A stretch of 42,808 nt of DNA from an uncultured Clostridia bacterium (GTDB lineage: Bacteria; Bacillota; Clostridia; Christensenellales; Aristaeellaceae): NCBI GenBank assembly GCA_946409855.1, contig CAMJXZ010000001.1, positions 1 through 42,808 on the forward strand. The letters are read 5' to 3'. Below the pieces are notes generated by a model. That model saw only the letters and a list, made by a program, of their open reading frames with translations. It made no database searches and was not told the DNA's origin. A program made the position numbers and the translations under genes. This document shows positions 25,760 through 34,028 of the stretch, piece by piece; the first letter of the stretch is position 1, and each line of letters opens with the position of its first letter.

Positions 25760-26533
25760 TCAGTCCGCCGCCCACAGTGTCTGCATGCCCTGTTCGGACA
25801 GCTTCCGGTCGATCTCCTTGGCGTCCGTCCGGTTGGCGATGCCGTTCATGATGTACATGTCCCGCTCATCCTTGACGGACAGGGCCGGGAGCTTTTCCAT
25901 TTTCAGCATGTTCTGCACCTCGGGCAGCTCCATGCCCAGCACCACGGCCATCCGGAGCAGCAGGTCCCTGGACGGAAAGCTCCTTTCCTCCACGATGTCC
26001 CGGAAATCACCGGGGGCGCACTGGGCGGCCTCCAGCAGTTCCCGGTCGCTCATGCCGCTCTTTTCCAGGTGGAAGGAGATCATGTCCCACAGATTTCCTT
26101 CTTCCTTCTGGTCGGGGTAGAGGGGCTTCTGCCCCTGCTCGGCCAGCACCTCGTCCATCGTTTCCAGGTCCAACCCGTTGGCCAGGCCGAAGATCAGGCA
26201 GATATCCCGCTTGTCCTTGGCCGACAGGGCGGCGCGGTGGGCGGTCTGCAGCATTTCCTGCGTCTCTTCCACATTCATGCCCAGCACAAAGGCGATGCGC
26301 AGCAGCAGGTCCTTTTCCGGGTGCTTGACCCCTTTCATGATGCCGTACACGTACGCCCTGCTGCAGCCGGCCAGGTCGGCCAGCGCCTCGTTGCTCATGC
26401 CGCCCATTCTGGGCAGGAGGATCTGCGGGAGCTTGCGCGACTGGCGGATGGCTTTCAGCATCTCCGACAGCGATTCCCCATGGTTCGCCCGTTCGATCAT
26501 CAGGATGGTCGTCTGTTTCTTTTCGTTGTTCAT
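25760..26533 (-). CDS. tandem (internally duplicated) XRE-type HTH regulator
   Basis: Two ~100-aa units: MSNEALADLAGCSRAYVYGIMKG...LLLRIAFVLGMNVEETQEMLQ...SAKDKRD and MSDRELLEAAQCAPGDFRDIVEE...LLLRMAVVLGMELPEVQNMLK...SVKDERD. It ends 19 nt before the kinase start. Confidence 0.7.
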   Translation of the reverse strand: MNNEKKQTTILMIERANHGESLSEMLKAIRQSRKLPQILLPRMGGMSNEALADLAGCSRAYVYGIMKGVKHPEKDLLLRIAFVLGMNVEETQEMLQTAHRAALSAKDKRDICLIFGLANGLDLETMDEVLAEQGQKPLYPDQKEEGNLWDMISFHLEKSGMSDRELLEAAQCAPGDFRDIVEERSFPSRDLLLRMAVVLGMELPEVQNMLKMEKLPALSVKDERDMYIMNGIANRTDAKEIDRKLSEQGMQTLWAAD

Positions 26534-26597
26534 GCTGCCCCTCCCGGCCTTGTCCGCCTTCTCCGTCTGAAAATATTCCCGAATCGTTCCGGTGATC

Positions 26598-28958
26598 TTA
26601 TTGATGGGTATACCGCTCCGTCCTCACGTCGTACTGCCAGACATGCCCGTCGTACCGGATGAGCACGCTGCCTTCCCGGTCGACCTGAAGATCCAGCAGG
26701 CGGACGGTGTTTCCCGCGTCATCCGTCACATCGACCACATAGCTGCCATAGTGCAGACGGCTGCTCTGCTGTTCGTCCGCCCGCATGGAAAAACCGGTAT
26801 ACAGGGGGATATCCGCGGCTTCCGGATCATCCGGCGAAAACACCCGGACTTCCTTCCATCGACCGTTCACCTGCTCCTGCAGGCGGATCACGCCCGCTTC
26901 ATACAGGTAACGGACGGCGGGCGTCTGCGTCCAGTCCAGATACGTGCAGGAACCGTCCGCGAAGAACGCGGTATTGGTGACAGCGTTCCCGTCGTTCATC
27001 TGAATCACATTGATGAACGACACGCTGCCATCTTTTTCCCGGTTCACGGAGAACACGGTGCCTTCCCAGCCGTTGATGTCCATGAAGCCGCCGTTGTTCA
27101 CGCCGTAGCTGGTGCTGCCTTCCTTGCTCTCCCAGACCACGAAGCCCCGGGGCCAGCCGGTATCGGTGGCCGCGCCGTAGAAATAATTATCCCAGACAAA
27201 GTGCCAGTTGGGGCTGTAGGTGGCCATATCGCCCAGGTTGACGAATTCCTTGGGCACATCGCACTGGCCGTATTCGTTGCCGCCGGTGGCCAGGACGGTG
27301 CCGTCCGCGAACAGCCCCAGCGTATGATAGGCGCCGGCCGCGACGGCGGTCACGCCCCGCCAGTTTTCCGTATTGATTTCGCCGTACTCATTTTTCCCCA
27401 TGGCGGTCACCGTGCCGTCCGCGTGCAGATAGACGCAGTGGTAGGTGCCGCAGGCGATGCCGCAGATATCCCGCAGGCCGTCCACGCTGATCTGGCCGTT
27501 GTTCGAGCGGCCGGCGGCGATGACGGTCCCGTCCGGATGAAGGCCCAGGGTGTTGAAATCCCCCGCGGCCATTCTGATCACATCGCTCCAGCCGGTCAGC
27601 TCGCGGCTGCCGTAGTCGTTGGCGCCGAAGGTACAGAAGGTGCCGTCCTTCATGCGCGCCGCGCTGAACAGGTACCCCGCGCAGATTTCCGCGACGCCGG
27701 ACAGGCCATCGATGTCCGCCTGTCCATAGTTGTTCAGTCCGGCGGCGTGCACCACCCCGTCGGCGTCCAGGCCCAGGGTAAAGTGGCCGCCCGCGGCGAT
27801 GGCGACGATGTTCTTCCAGTCCTGCACGTCGCACTGGCCGTCGCCGTTCTCCCCGGCCGCGACCACGGTGCCGTCCGCCCGGAGGCCCACCGAAAACCAG
27901 CTGCCGCCGGCGACGGCGACGATGTCCGTCCAGCCTTCCACGTCGCACTGGCCGGAATTGTTGCGGCCAAAGGCGCGGACGGTCCCGTCCTCCATAAGCA
28001 GCAGCGTATGGAAGCCGCCACCGTCCAGGGCGATGACCTTTTTATCGCTTCTGGGAAACGACGCCAGCAGCGCTTCCCGGCTGGGACGCAGATATGCCGG
28101 GATTTCGCAGGCGCCGTACAGGTCCGAGCTGCTCGCCGTCAGCACCGTACCGTCCGCGCGCAGGCCGACGCTGTGGCAATAACCCACGCCGACGGCTATC
28201 ACGCCCGTCCACTCGTCCACCTCGGTCATGCCGTATTTGTCTCTTCCCAGGCCGGTGACCGTGCCGTTTTTGTGCAGAATCAGGCCGCACATATCATTAT
28301 TGGCGATGTCGACGGCATCCGTGACGCCTTCAACAAGGCGCTGGTTGATCCCTGTGATCACGCTGCTCCCGTTTTCCAGAAGCCCGATCAGGGCGCTTTG
28401 GCCGGAAATCTTCTCAACGCCCTGCCATTCCTCCGCGCCCCCTGTTTGATACCCGCGGGATCCGCGCACCGTTCCGTCCTTCATCAGGGCAGCCCAGCCT
28501 CCGGAAGAAGCATGGATCGCCCGCACGCCGGTCAGGCTGCCCGGCCCGGCTTCCGGCTTCAGGCGCCCCGCCGAGTGCACATTGCCCGCCGCGTCCAGGC
28601 CGAAGGTCTGCGCGTCCATGCAGGCGACCTGGACGATGTTTTTCCAGTCCGCCACATCGCACTGGCCGTATTCGTTATCCCCGGCCGCGACCACCGTGCC
28701 GTCCGCCTTCAGCCCGACGCTGTGGCTCATGCCCGACGCGATCCCCACAATGTCCCGCCAGGAGGACACGTCCAGCTGGCCGTACGCGTTTTCGCCCGCG
28801 GCGGCGACGGTGCCGTCCTCCAAAAGGATCAGCGTATGCAGACTTGCGACAGAGATCGCCTTCGCCATCGGCTGCGCCGCCTCCTCCGCGGAAACTGAGG
28901 GGGACAGAACCGTCAAAAGCAGCATCAGCGCGGTCAGTATCACAGTAATCCGTTTCAT
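26598..28958 (-). CDS. secreted RCC1-repeat (beta-propeller) protein with unassigned C-terminal domain
   Basis: Signal peptide MKRITVILTALMLLLTVLSPSVSA. More than 12 repeats of the type H(S/T)xGLxxDGTVxAAGxNxYGQCDVxxWxxIVxIA. The last ~230 aa are non-repetitive. The ATG at 28958 lies 7 nt after AAGGAGA. Confidence 0.8.
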   Translation of the reverse strand: MKRITVILTALMLLLTVLSPSVSAEEAAQPMAKAISVASLHTLILLEDGTVAAAGENAYGQLDVSSWRDIVGIASGMSHSVGLKADGTVVAAGDNEYGQCDVADWKNIVQVACMDAQTFGLDAAGNVHSAGRLKPEAGPGSLTGVRAIHASSGGWAALMKDGTVRGSRGYQTGGAEEWQGVEKISGQSALIGLLENGSSVITGINQRLVEGVTDAVDIANNDMCGLILHKNGTVTGLGRDKYGMTEVDEWTGVIAVGVGYCHSVGLRADGTVLTASSSDLYGACEIPAYLRPSREALLASFPRSDKKVIALDGGGFHTLLLMEDGTVRAFGRNNSGQCDVEGWTDIVAVAGGSWFSVGLRADGTVVAAGENGDGQCDVQDWKNIVAIAAGGHFTLGLDADGVVHAAGLNNYGQADIDGLSGVAEICAGYLFSAARMKDGTFCTFGANDYGSRELTGWSDVIRMAAGDFNTLGLHPDGTVIAAGRSNNGQISVDGLRDICGIACGTYHCVYLHADGTVTAMGKNEYGEINTENWRGVTAVAAGAYHTLGLFADGTVLATGGNEYGQCDVPKEFVNLGDMATYSPNWHFVWDNYFYGAATDTGWPRGFVVWESKEGSTSYGVNNGGFMDINGWEGTVFSVNREKDGSVSFINVIQMNDGNAVTNTAFFADGSCTYLDWTQTPAVRYLYEAGVIRLQEQVNGRWKEVRVFSPDDPEAADIPLYTGFSMRADEQQSSRLHYGSYVVDVTDDAGNTVRLLDLQVDREGSVLIRYDGHVWQYDVRTERYTHQ

Positions 28959-29031
28959 GGTCATTCTCCTTGATGATACGGGACATTTTTATTTGAACCC
29001 GTTTTCATTATAACGGCACTCGCGCGCGGAA

Positions 29032-29883
29032 TCAAGCGGGCATTTTACCGATATTCCGGATATATTCGCCCTTGCGGACCAGCGTCCCGGTTTTTGTCCG
29101 GACGATGGCCGGGCAGCGCAGCTCGTCGTGATAATCCTCGTTCTCGATATTGAACAGGGTTTTCTTTTCCTCGGAATACGGCACGGGCGTCAGGCCATGC
29201 TGCCGCAGCAGCAGCTCCGCCATGGTCAGGCTGTAGCTGATTTCCGCCACGTCCGGCCGGTCCACCTTCGCTTCAAACAGGGAGGCGTACAGCTTCACCA
29301 GCTCGTCCTCGCACAGGTTGGCGCCGTCCAGCTGCTGGCCGCGGAACATGGCGCAGACGGCCTGGCTGTCGTTCATCAGCCTGGAGAGCTGCTTTTCCTG
29401 GCGCAGCCTGGCCCTGTCCAGATCCAGCGTGAGTTCGGCTGTTATCTGAACCTTTTCCGGCTTGTCCGCCCCGTTCTTTCTGATCAGCCCGTACACCGCC
29501 TGGCCCAGGATCAGCAGCGCGGCCAGCAGCACCCACAGCCACTGCCACTGCATGCCTCCGCCGGCGTTTTCGGCCGGGACCGGCCGCCCCGAAAGGGCGC
29601 TGATGAAGGTAAAGACGATCGCGGCGACGGACAGCGCGGCGGTGATGACCGGGCTTAACAGGATCTGATCCGGCCGGATCCTCTTCCTGCCGGGCACTTC
29701 CGCAAGTGGCGCCCGCACGGCGGCCTGCACATCGTCCATCAGGTCCAGCGCCTCGCCCTGGCGCTGCACCAGCATGCCCAGCACGCGCTTTTGCATCGTG
29801 TCCTCCAGCGTGCCGATGGCTTTGACGCCGGACTGTTTCACGTATTCCTTCAGTTCGTTTTTGCCCTTCTGCAGATACATCAT
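29032..29883 (-). CDS. 2-TM membrane protein with GrpE-like C-terminal region (tentative)
   Basis: Two central TM helices (LLSPVITAALSVAAIVFTFISAL, WLWVLLAALLILGQAVYGLI). The C-terminal segment LTMAELLLRQHGLTPVPY...FNIENEDYHDEL...TGTLVRKGEYI resembles, by eye only, E. coli GrpE LTLKSMLDVVRKFGVEVI...LDPNVHQAI...GNVLGIMQKGYTL. The start is ambiguous (29892, 29883 or 29880). Confidence 0.55.
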   Translation of the reverse strand: MMYLQKGKNELKEYVKQSGVKAIGTLEDTMQKRVLGMLVQRQGEALDLMDDVQAAVRAPLAEVPGRKRIRPDQILLSPVITAALSVAAIVFTFISALSGRPVPAENAGGGMQWQWLWVLLAALLILGQAVYGLIRKNGADKPEKVQITAELTLDLDRARLRQEKQLSRLMNDSQAVCAMFRGQQLDGANLCEDELVKLYASLFEAKVDRPDVAEISYSLTMAELLLRQHGLTPVPYSEEKKTLFNIENEDYHDELRCPAIVRTKTGTLVRKGEYIRNIGKMPA

Positions 29884-29961
29884 CGTTCCCATCCTTTCTC
29901 TTTCCGGTCCGCTTCCCCTTCTCCCGGGGACAGGTTCAGCTTATCACGTTCCCGCCTTCTC

Positions 29962-29982
29962 CCGTCTACTCCGGGTAGACGG
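29962..29982. repeat. GTCTAC-N5-GTAGAC palindrome/hairpin, copy A
   Basis: ccgtctac tccgg gtagacgg forms a perfect 8-bp stem that overlaps the stop codon (29966-29968) of the 144-aa gene. Confidence 0.5.
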
Positions 29983-30400
29983 CCGCTTTCCGCCCGGCCG
30001 GGCGCATATCCTCCGAAAGCTCCCGGCGGAGGAAGCGGGCGGTCCTGCGCAGGAGCCGCGCCTGCCGCAGCATGCCGTACAGGGCCAGGAACGCCAGCCC
30101 CCACTGAAGCAGCAGCCCGAAGGCCAGCGCCCCGCCCGTCCCGCGCTTTTTTCCGGGCCGGATCACAGCAAGGACCCGATCCTCCCCGGCGGCGGTAAAC
30201 CAGACCATCGCGGTTCTGCCCGCCAGATGACAAGCGTCCAGATCATTGCCCCTGTCCTCCCCCTGCACGACATAGGTCCCGTCCGCCGTCCGCAGGAGCT
30301 CGCACCTGAGTTCTTCTTCATCGCTCCAGTAATCCGCAAGCCGGTGCGCCAGCTGCCGGACGTTTTTCCCGGTGCGAAGACAAACGGTTTTTTCCTTCAT
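29966..30400 (-). CDS. small protein with C-terminal TM helix, function unknown
   Basis: 144-aa ORF starting 25 nt after the Hsp70-like stop, with GGAG 9 nt upstream. It has a soluble N-domain, then GGALAFGLLLQWGLAFLALYGML, then a basic tail. Confidence 0.5.
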   Translation of the reverse strand: MKEKTVCLRTGKNVRQLAHRLADYWSDEEELRCELLRTADGTYVVQGEDRGNDLDACHLAGRTAMVWFTAAGEDRVLAVIRPGKKRGTGGALAFGLLLQWGLAFLALYGMLRQARLLRRTARFLRRELSEDMRPAGRKAAVYPE

Positions 30401-30425
30401 GGCCGGTCTCCGCTTCCCGCTCGGA

Positions 30426-32363
30426 TCAGGCCACCATGGCCTGTTCCACGCCGTCGGCCGCTTCGGAAATGGCCGTATCGACGCATTCGCTGACCTGGTC
30501 CACCAGGTCCCGGACCATGCCGGCGTCGTCCATCATGCCCTGGCAGATGCCCGCGCTGATCTTCCGGCGGTTTTCCTGGGACAGGATGGAATCCGCGGGG
30601 ATCATCCGGCGCATCCAGCCGGGAATGGTCATTTTCATGATCAGGTTTCTCGCGGTATCCTTGCCCACCCAGGCTGCCAGCGCGCCCAGCAGCGCGCCCA
30701 GGATGATGCCCAGCGGGCCGGTGGCCAGCAGCGCGACGCCCGCGCCGCCGCAGATCATGGACGTGACCACGATCAGCACGACGGAAACGATGCCCTGAAT
30801 CATCCTGATGAAATCGATCGAGATGGGCGTCTGCGCGTTCCCTTCCGGCTGGATGTTCAGCTGCCAGTCATGGATGGAAAAATCCACATGGTGCCTGCGG
30901 CTGATCTCGCACAGATCCTTCTGGACGTCCAGGATGACCTGCTCGCTCCAGGGCTCCACCTGCTCCCGGACGGCCTCCTGCAGGGTGCCGGAATGCATGA
31001 ACTGGTTCATCCGGTGAGCGGCGCTCTCCTCAAACTCGCTGAGCGTGCCCACCTGCCCGTCCCGCCAGGCCTGGAAGCAGGGCTTCACGCAATGGGTCAG
31101 GATGGCGTCCGTCATGGGCTGGCTGATGCTTTCGACCAGCTGCGGCACGGCGGAGCCGACGATGTTTTCCACCGCGTCGCTTTCCACATACGCCTTGATG
31201 TCCTCAATGCAGGCCGTCATGTTTTCATCCACGCTGCCCACAAACACCAGCCCGCGGGAAATATCGTACTCGGGGCTGTCGCTGACGATGACCCGGGAAG
31301 TGCGGAACTGGCTGCGGCACAGTTCCTGGAAAAAGTGCATCCGGGACGGGCCGCCGGTCAGGACCACCAGATCGGGCACCTGCTGCTTTTTCGTCTGTTC
31401 GTAGACGGACACCAGGCTGTCCCGCAGCCGGTCCTCAAACGACTGGCCGTCCAGAAGGGGATGCGGCCTGGTGATCAGCCAGTTCTCCACGATTTCAGGG
31501 GAGAGGGTGAGCTTCACCTGGTATACCCTGCCGTTTCCAAAGAGCTTGACCGTCTTTTCCAAAGTGCGGTTTTCCGAAAGGAACAGGTCCTCGTTTCGGA
31601 AGTAATCCTCCTTCATATCACGCACCGCCAGCATCAGCCGGCTCTTCTTGCTGTCCGAGCCCTCGATCAGCGCCCGGATTTCCCGGGTCTGTTCCGGGGC
31701 CGCCGCTTCCTGCATTTCCAGGGAATGCAGCACGATCATCTCGTCCATCAGCCCGCCGCCCAGCAGCACGTTGCCCATGGTGGAAACGGCGTACTCGTTC
31801 CCGTCCTTCACGTAGGCGAAGTCCAGCGTGGAGGAACCGATGTCGATGATCAGCACCGTCTGCTCCGCCAGGTCCGGATCAATGGCGTTTTCCGTGCTGT
31901 GCAGGGCGTTTTCAAACGCCGCGCGGGATTCGGAAACGATTTTCACGTTTTTGAGGCCCGCCTCCGTCATCAGCCCCCGGTAACGCTCCCTGTCCGCTTC
32001 CTTCCAGCCGGCAGGGCAGCCCACGATAAAGCAGGCGTTTTCGGGGTCGTCCACATAAGCCCCCACGTCCTCGTTCTTCCTCAGTTCGCACAGCACGCCC
32101 CGGACAAAGTCCCGGATGACCCGGTCCGTTTCCGGGCTGCCCGAAAGGAAACGGCGCTTGAAGCAGACGTGCACATCCTCGGCGTTTTCCTGGTTTTCCC
32201 GGACCGCGTGGCCCACGATCGTATTGCCCGCGAGCTTCGCTTCGGCGCTCAGGAAACTCCCGCGCCCGCTGACGGGCACCACGTTGACCATGCCGGTGCT
32301 GCCGTCCTTCGTCCAGTGAACACAGCTTTCCCCATCGCCCAGATCAAAACCGAAATACATCAT
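30426..32363 (-). CDS. non-canonical Hsp70/DnaK-superfamily ATPase with C-terminal glycine-zipper TM hairpin
   Basis: Phosphate-1 FGFDLGDGES, phosphate-2 VLIIDIGSSTLDFAYV, adenosine motif VVLTGGPSRMHFF. No recognisable DnaK substrate-binding domain. C-terminus has VVLIVVTSMICGGAGVALLATGPLGIILGALLGALAAWVG. The ATG at 32363 lies 7 nt after AAGGAGA; the ORF-track extension is R/P-rich. Confidence 0.75.
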   Translation of the reverse strand: MMYFGFDLGDGESCVHWTKDGSTGMVNVVPVSGRGSFLSAEAKLAGNTIVGHAVRENQENAEDVHVCFKRRFLSGSPETDRVIRDFVRGVLCELRKNEDVGAYVDDPENACFIVGCPAGWKEADRERYRGLMTEAGLKNVKIVSESRAAFENALHSTENAIDPDLAEQTVLIIDIGSSTLDFAYVKDGNEYAVSTMGNVLLGGGLMDEMIVLHSLEMQEAAAPEQTREIRALIEGSDSKKSRLMLAVRDMKEDYFRNEDLFLSENRTLEKTVKLFGNGRVYQVKLTLSPEIVENWLITRPHPLLDGQSFEDRLRDSLVSVYEQTKKQQVPDLVVLTGGPSRMHFFQELCRSQFRTSRVIVSDSPEYDISRGLVFVGSVDENMTACIEDIKAYVESDAVENIVGSAVPQLVESISQPMTDAILTHCVKPCFQAWRDGQVGTLSEFEESAAHRMNQFMHSGTLQEAVREQVEPWSEQVILDVQKDLCEISRRHHVDFSIHDWQLNIQPEGNAQTPISIDFIRMIQGIVSVVLIVVTSMICGGAGVALLATGPLGIILGALLGALAAWVGKDTARNLIMKMTIPGWMRRMIPADSILSQENRRKISAGICQGMMDDAGMVRDLVDQVSECVDTAISEAADGVEQAMVA

Positions 32364-32481
32364 GTTCATTCTCCTTTCAAAGCCCGGCACCGCCGGTTTC
32401 TCCTCCGGTACGCCGCGGCGGCTTCCCGCCGGCCGCGTTTCTTTACTGCGTGTACAGCCTACCACAGGACCGCCCGCGCCT

Positions 32482-32498
32482 GTCTACTCACAGTAGAT
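32482..32498. repeat. GTCTAC-N5-GTAGAT palindrome/hairpin, copy B
   Basis: gtctac tcaca gtagat lies ~120 nt upstream of the Hsp70-like start codon. 17 of 22 positions are identical to copy A when flanks are included (cc.gtctactc...gtaga.gg). Confidence 0.5.
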
Positions 32499-32671
32499 GG
32501 ATTGATCCGAACGGTTTTCGGGTCCGCCAAAGCCCGGCCGGAAGACGCCGCGAAAGGACGCGGGCCGGGGACGGCTTTCTGCCGCTTCCGGCGGAAAAAG
32601 CGGCCGCTCCCAATAAAAAAAGCGGTCCGCCGCTTCCTGCCGTACCCGGGAGACGCTCCCAGAGAAAAGGA

Positions 32672-32700
32672 TGGACTTTCCGCTTTGTTTTTGCTATGAT
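32672..32700 (+). promoter_or_regulatory. candidate sigma-A promoter for the anSME gene
   Basis: TGGACT (-35), 17-nt spacer, TGcTATGAT (extended -10) ending 38 nt before the ATG at 32739. Confidence 0.4.
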
Positions 32701-32738
32701 GCCTGATGAGACAACCGTTGTGGAAGGGATGAAAAGAT

Positions 32739-33851
32739 ATGCCTCCTGTCAGCGTTCTGATCAAGCCGGCGTCCGGCAGCTGCAACATGCGCTGCGACTA
32801 TTGCTTTTACTGTGACGAAGCGAAAAAGCGCCGGCAGGCCGCTTGCGGCATGATGACGGAGGAAACGCTGAAAAACGCGGTCCGGCGGTGCGTGATCCCG
32901 GCGCAGGGCTCCTGCGCCATCGCCTTTCAGGGCGGGGAACCCACGCTCCGCGGCCTGCCTTTTTTTGAAAAGGCGGTGGCATACGCCCGGCACTTTAACC
33001 GGGACGGCATCCGGATCGATTTCGCCCTGCAGACCAACGGCTATGAAATCACGGAGGACTGGTGCCGCTTTCTGGCAGAAAACCGCTTTCTGGTGGGCGT
33101 ATCGGTGGACGGCGTTCAGGAAACCCACGACCGCTTCCGCCGCGGGCAGGACGGCGGGCCCACCTACCAGCGCGTCCTTGAGACGATCGGCCTGTTTGAC
33201 AGGCATCGCGTCGACTACAATATCCTGACCGTGGTGCACCGGGAAACCGCCGGAAACATCCGCGCCATCTACCGGGATTACCGGAAACGGGGCTGGAAAT
33301 ACCTGCAGTTCATCGCCTGCCTGGACCCGCTGGGGGAAGAACGGGGAAAGCGGCCCTACTCCCTGACGCCCGAAGCCTGGGGACAGTTCCTCCATGAACT
33401 GTTCGGCCTGTGGTACGAGGATTATCTGCGGGGGGACGCGCCCTTTATCCGGCAGTTCGAAAACTATATCGGGATTTGCCTGGGGATCGCCCCGGAAGCC
33501 TGCGAACAAAGGGGCGCCTGCGGCGTTCAGTACGTGATCGAGGCGGACGGCAGCGTGTATCCCTGTGATTTTTACGCGCTGGACGAATGGAAGCTGGGCA
33601 ATATCAACCAGGACCGCCTCCCCCAGCTTCAGGAGCGGGCGGACGCGCTGGGCTTCCGCGCCCGTTCCGGGAACCATCCCCTGAAATGCCGGGCGTGCAA
33701 ATGGCTGTTTCTGTGCCGGGGCGGGTGTTTCCGCAGCCGGCTGGAAACGGGCGGGGACGCGGGGCTCAACTATTTCTGCGAAGGATACCGCATGTTTTTT
33801 GACCGCTGGGGGGATACGATGATGGAAATCGCCCGGCAGCTCCGAAGATAG
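32739..33851 (+). CDS. anaerobic sulfatase-maturating enzyme (radical SAM/SPASM)
   Basis: N-terminal LIKPASGSCNMRCDYCFY (CxxxCxxC), auxiliary Cys clusters (CGVQYVIEADGSVYPCD, CRACKWLFLCRGGC), 370 aa, convergent with a Cys-type sulfatase. Confidence 0.9.
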   Translation: MPPVSVLIKPASGSCNMRCDYCFYCDEAKKRRQAACGMMTEETLKNAVRRCVIPAQGSCAIAFQGGEPTLRGLPFFEKAVAYARHFNRDGIRIDFALQTNGYEITEDWCRFLAENRFLVGVSVDGVQETHDRFRRGQDGGPTYQRVLETIGLFDRHRVDYNILTVVHRETAGNIRAIYRDYRKRGWKYLQFIACLDPLGEERGKRPYSLTPEAWGQFLHELFGLWYEDYLRGDAPFIRQFENYIGICLGIAPEACEQRGACGVQYVIEADGSVYPCDFYALDEWKLGNINQDRLPQLQERADALGFRARSGNHPLKCRACKWLFLCRGGCFRSRLETGGDAGLNYFCEGYRMFFDRWGDTMMEIARQLRR

Positions 33852-33867
33852 CCGCGGCTATCGCGTC

Positions 33868-34028
33868 ATACTAAGATCAGATAAAAATGCTAAAAGATTG
33901 TGCGTAGATTTGGCGGTTCATCAAGGAAACTGGCCGAAAGCGTACCCGTAGGTACGGTGAGGGCAGTTGACGCAGAGGAAGCGTCAAAGATGCGTGCAAG
34001 ATTTAGCAGTTTTATCAGAGATTAGTAT
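33868..34028. repeat. MITE-like inverted-repeat element, copy 2 (~161 bp, no ORF)
   Basis: Imperfect ~45-bp inverted termini beginning ATACTAA (33868...) and ending TTAGTAT (...34028). Core 33934-33964 (ccgaaagcgtacccgtaggtacggtgagggc) matches copy 1 with 2 substitutions and 1 indel. It also shares ATCAAGGAA and GACGCAGAG blocks. Confidence 0.6.

Noticed and set aside
26553-26570. Shared purine-rich string (GACGG(G)AGAAGGCGG on the minus strand) upstream of the HTH gene and next to hairpin copy A
   Set aside because: It is a short, low-complexity purine-rich match in RBS-proximal regions. There is no inverted partner at 26553-26570, so it could easily be chance.
26592-28898. 768-aa plus-strand ORF opposite the RCC1-repeat gene
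   Set aside because: It is an antisense shadow frame. The minus-strand product has a signal peptide and regular RCC1 blades, while the plus-strand product is A/G/R/V/H/D low-complexity.
26598-28958. Periodic DNA repeats that might suggest a CRISPR or tandem-repeat array
   Set aside because: The periodicity is the ~50-codon RCC1 blade repeat inside one continuous ORF. The repeats are degenerate at the DNA level and have no unique spacers.
30372-32699. 775-aa plus-strand ORF opposite the Hsp70-like gene
   Set aside because: Same reasoning: there are no motifs, the composition is R/H/P/G/A/Q-rich, and the opposite strand carries Hsp70 nucleotide-binding motifs with a good RBS.
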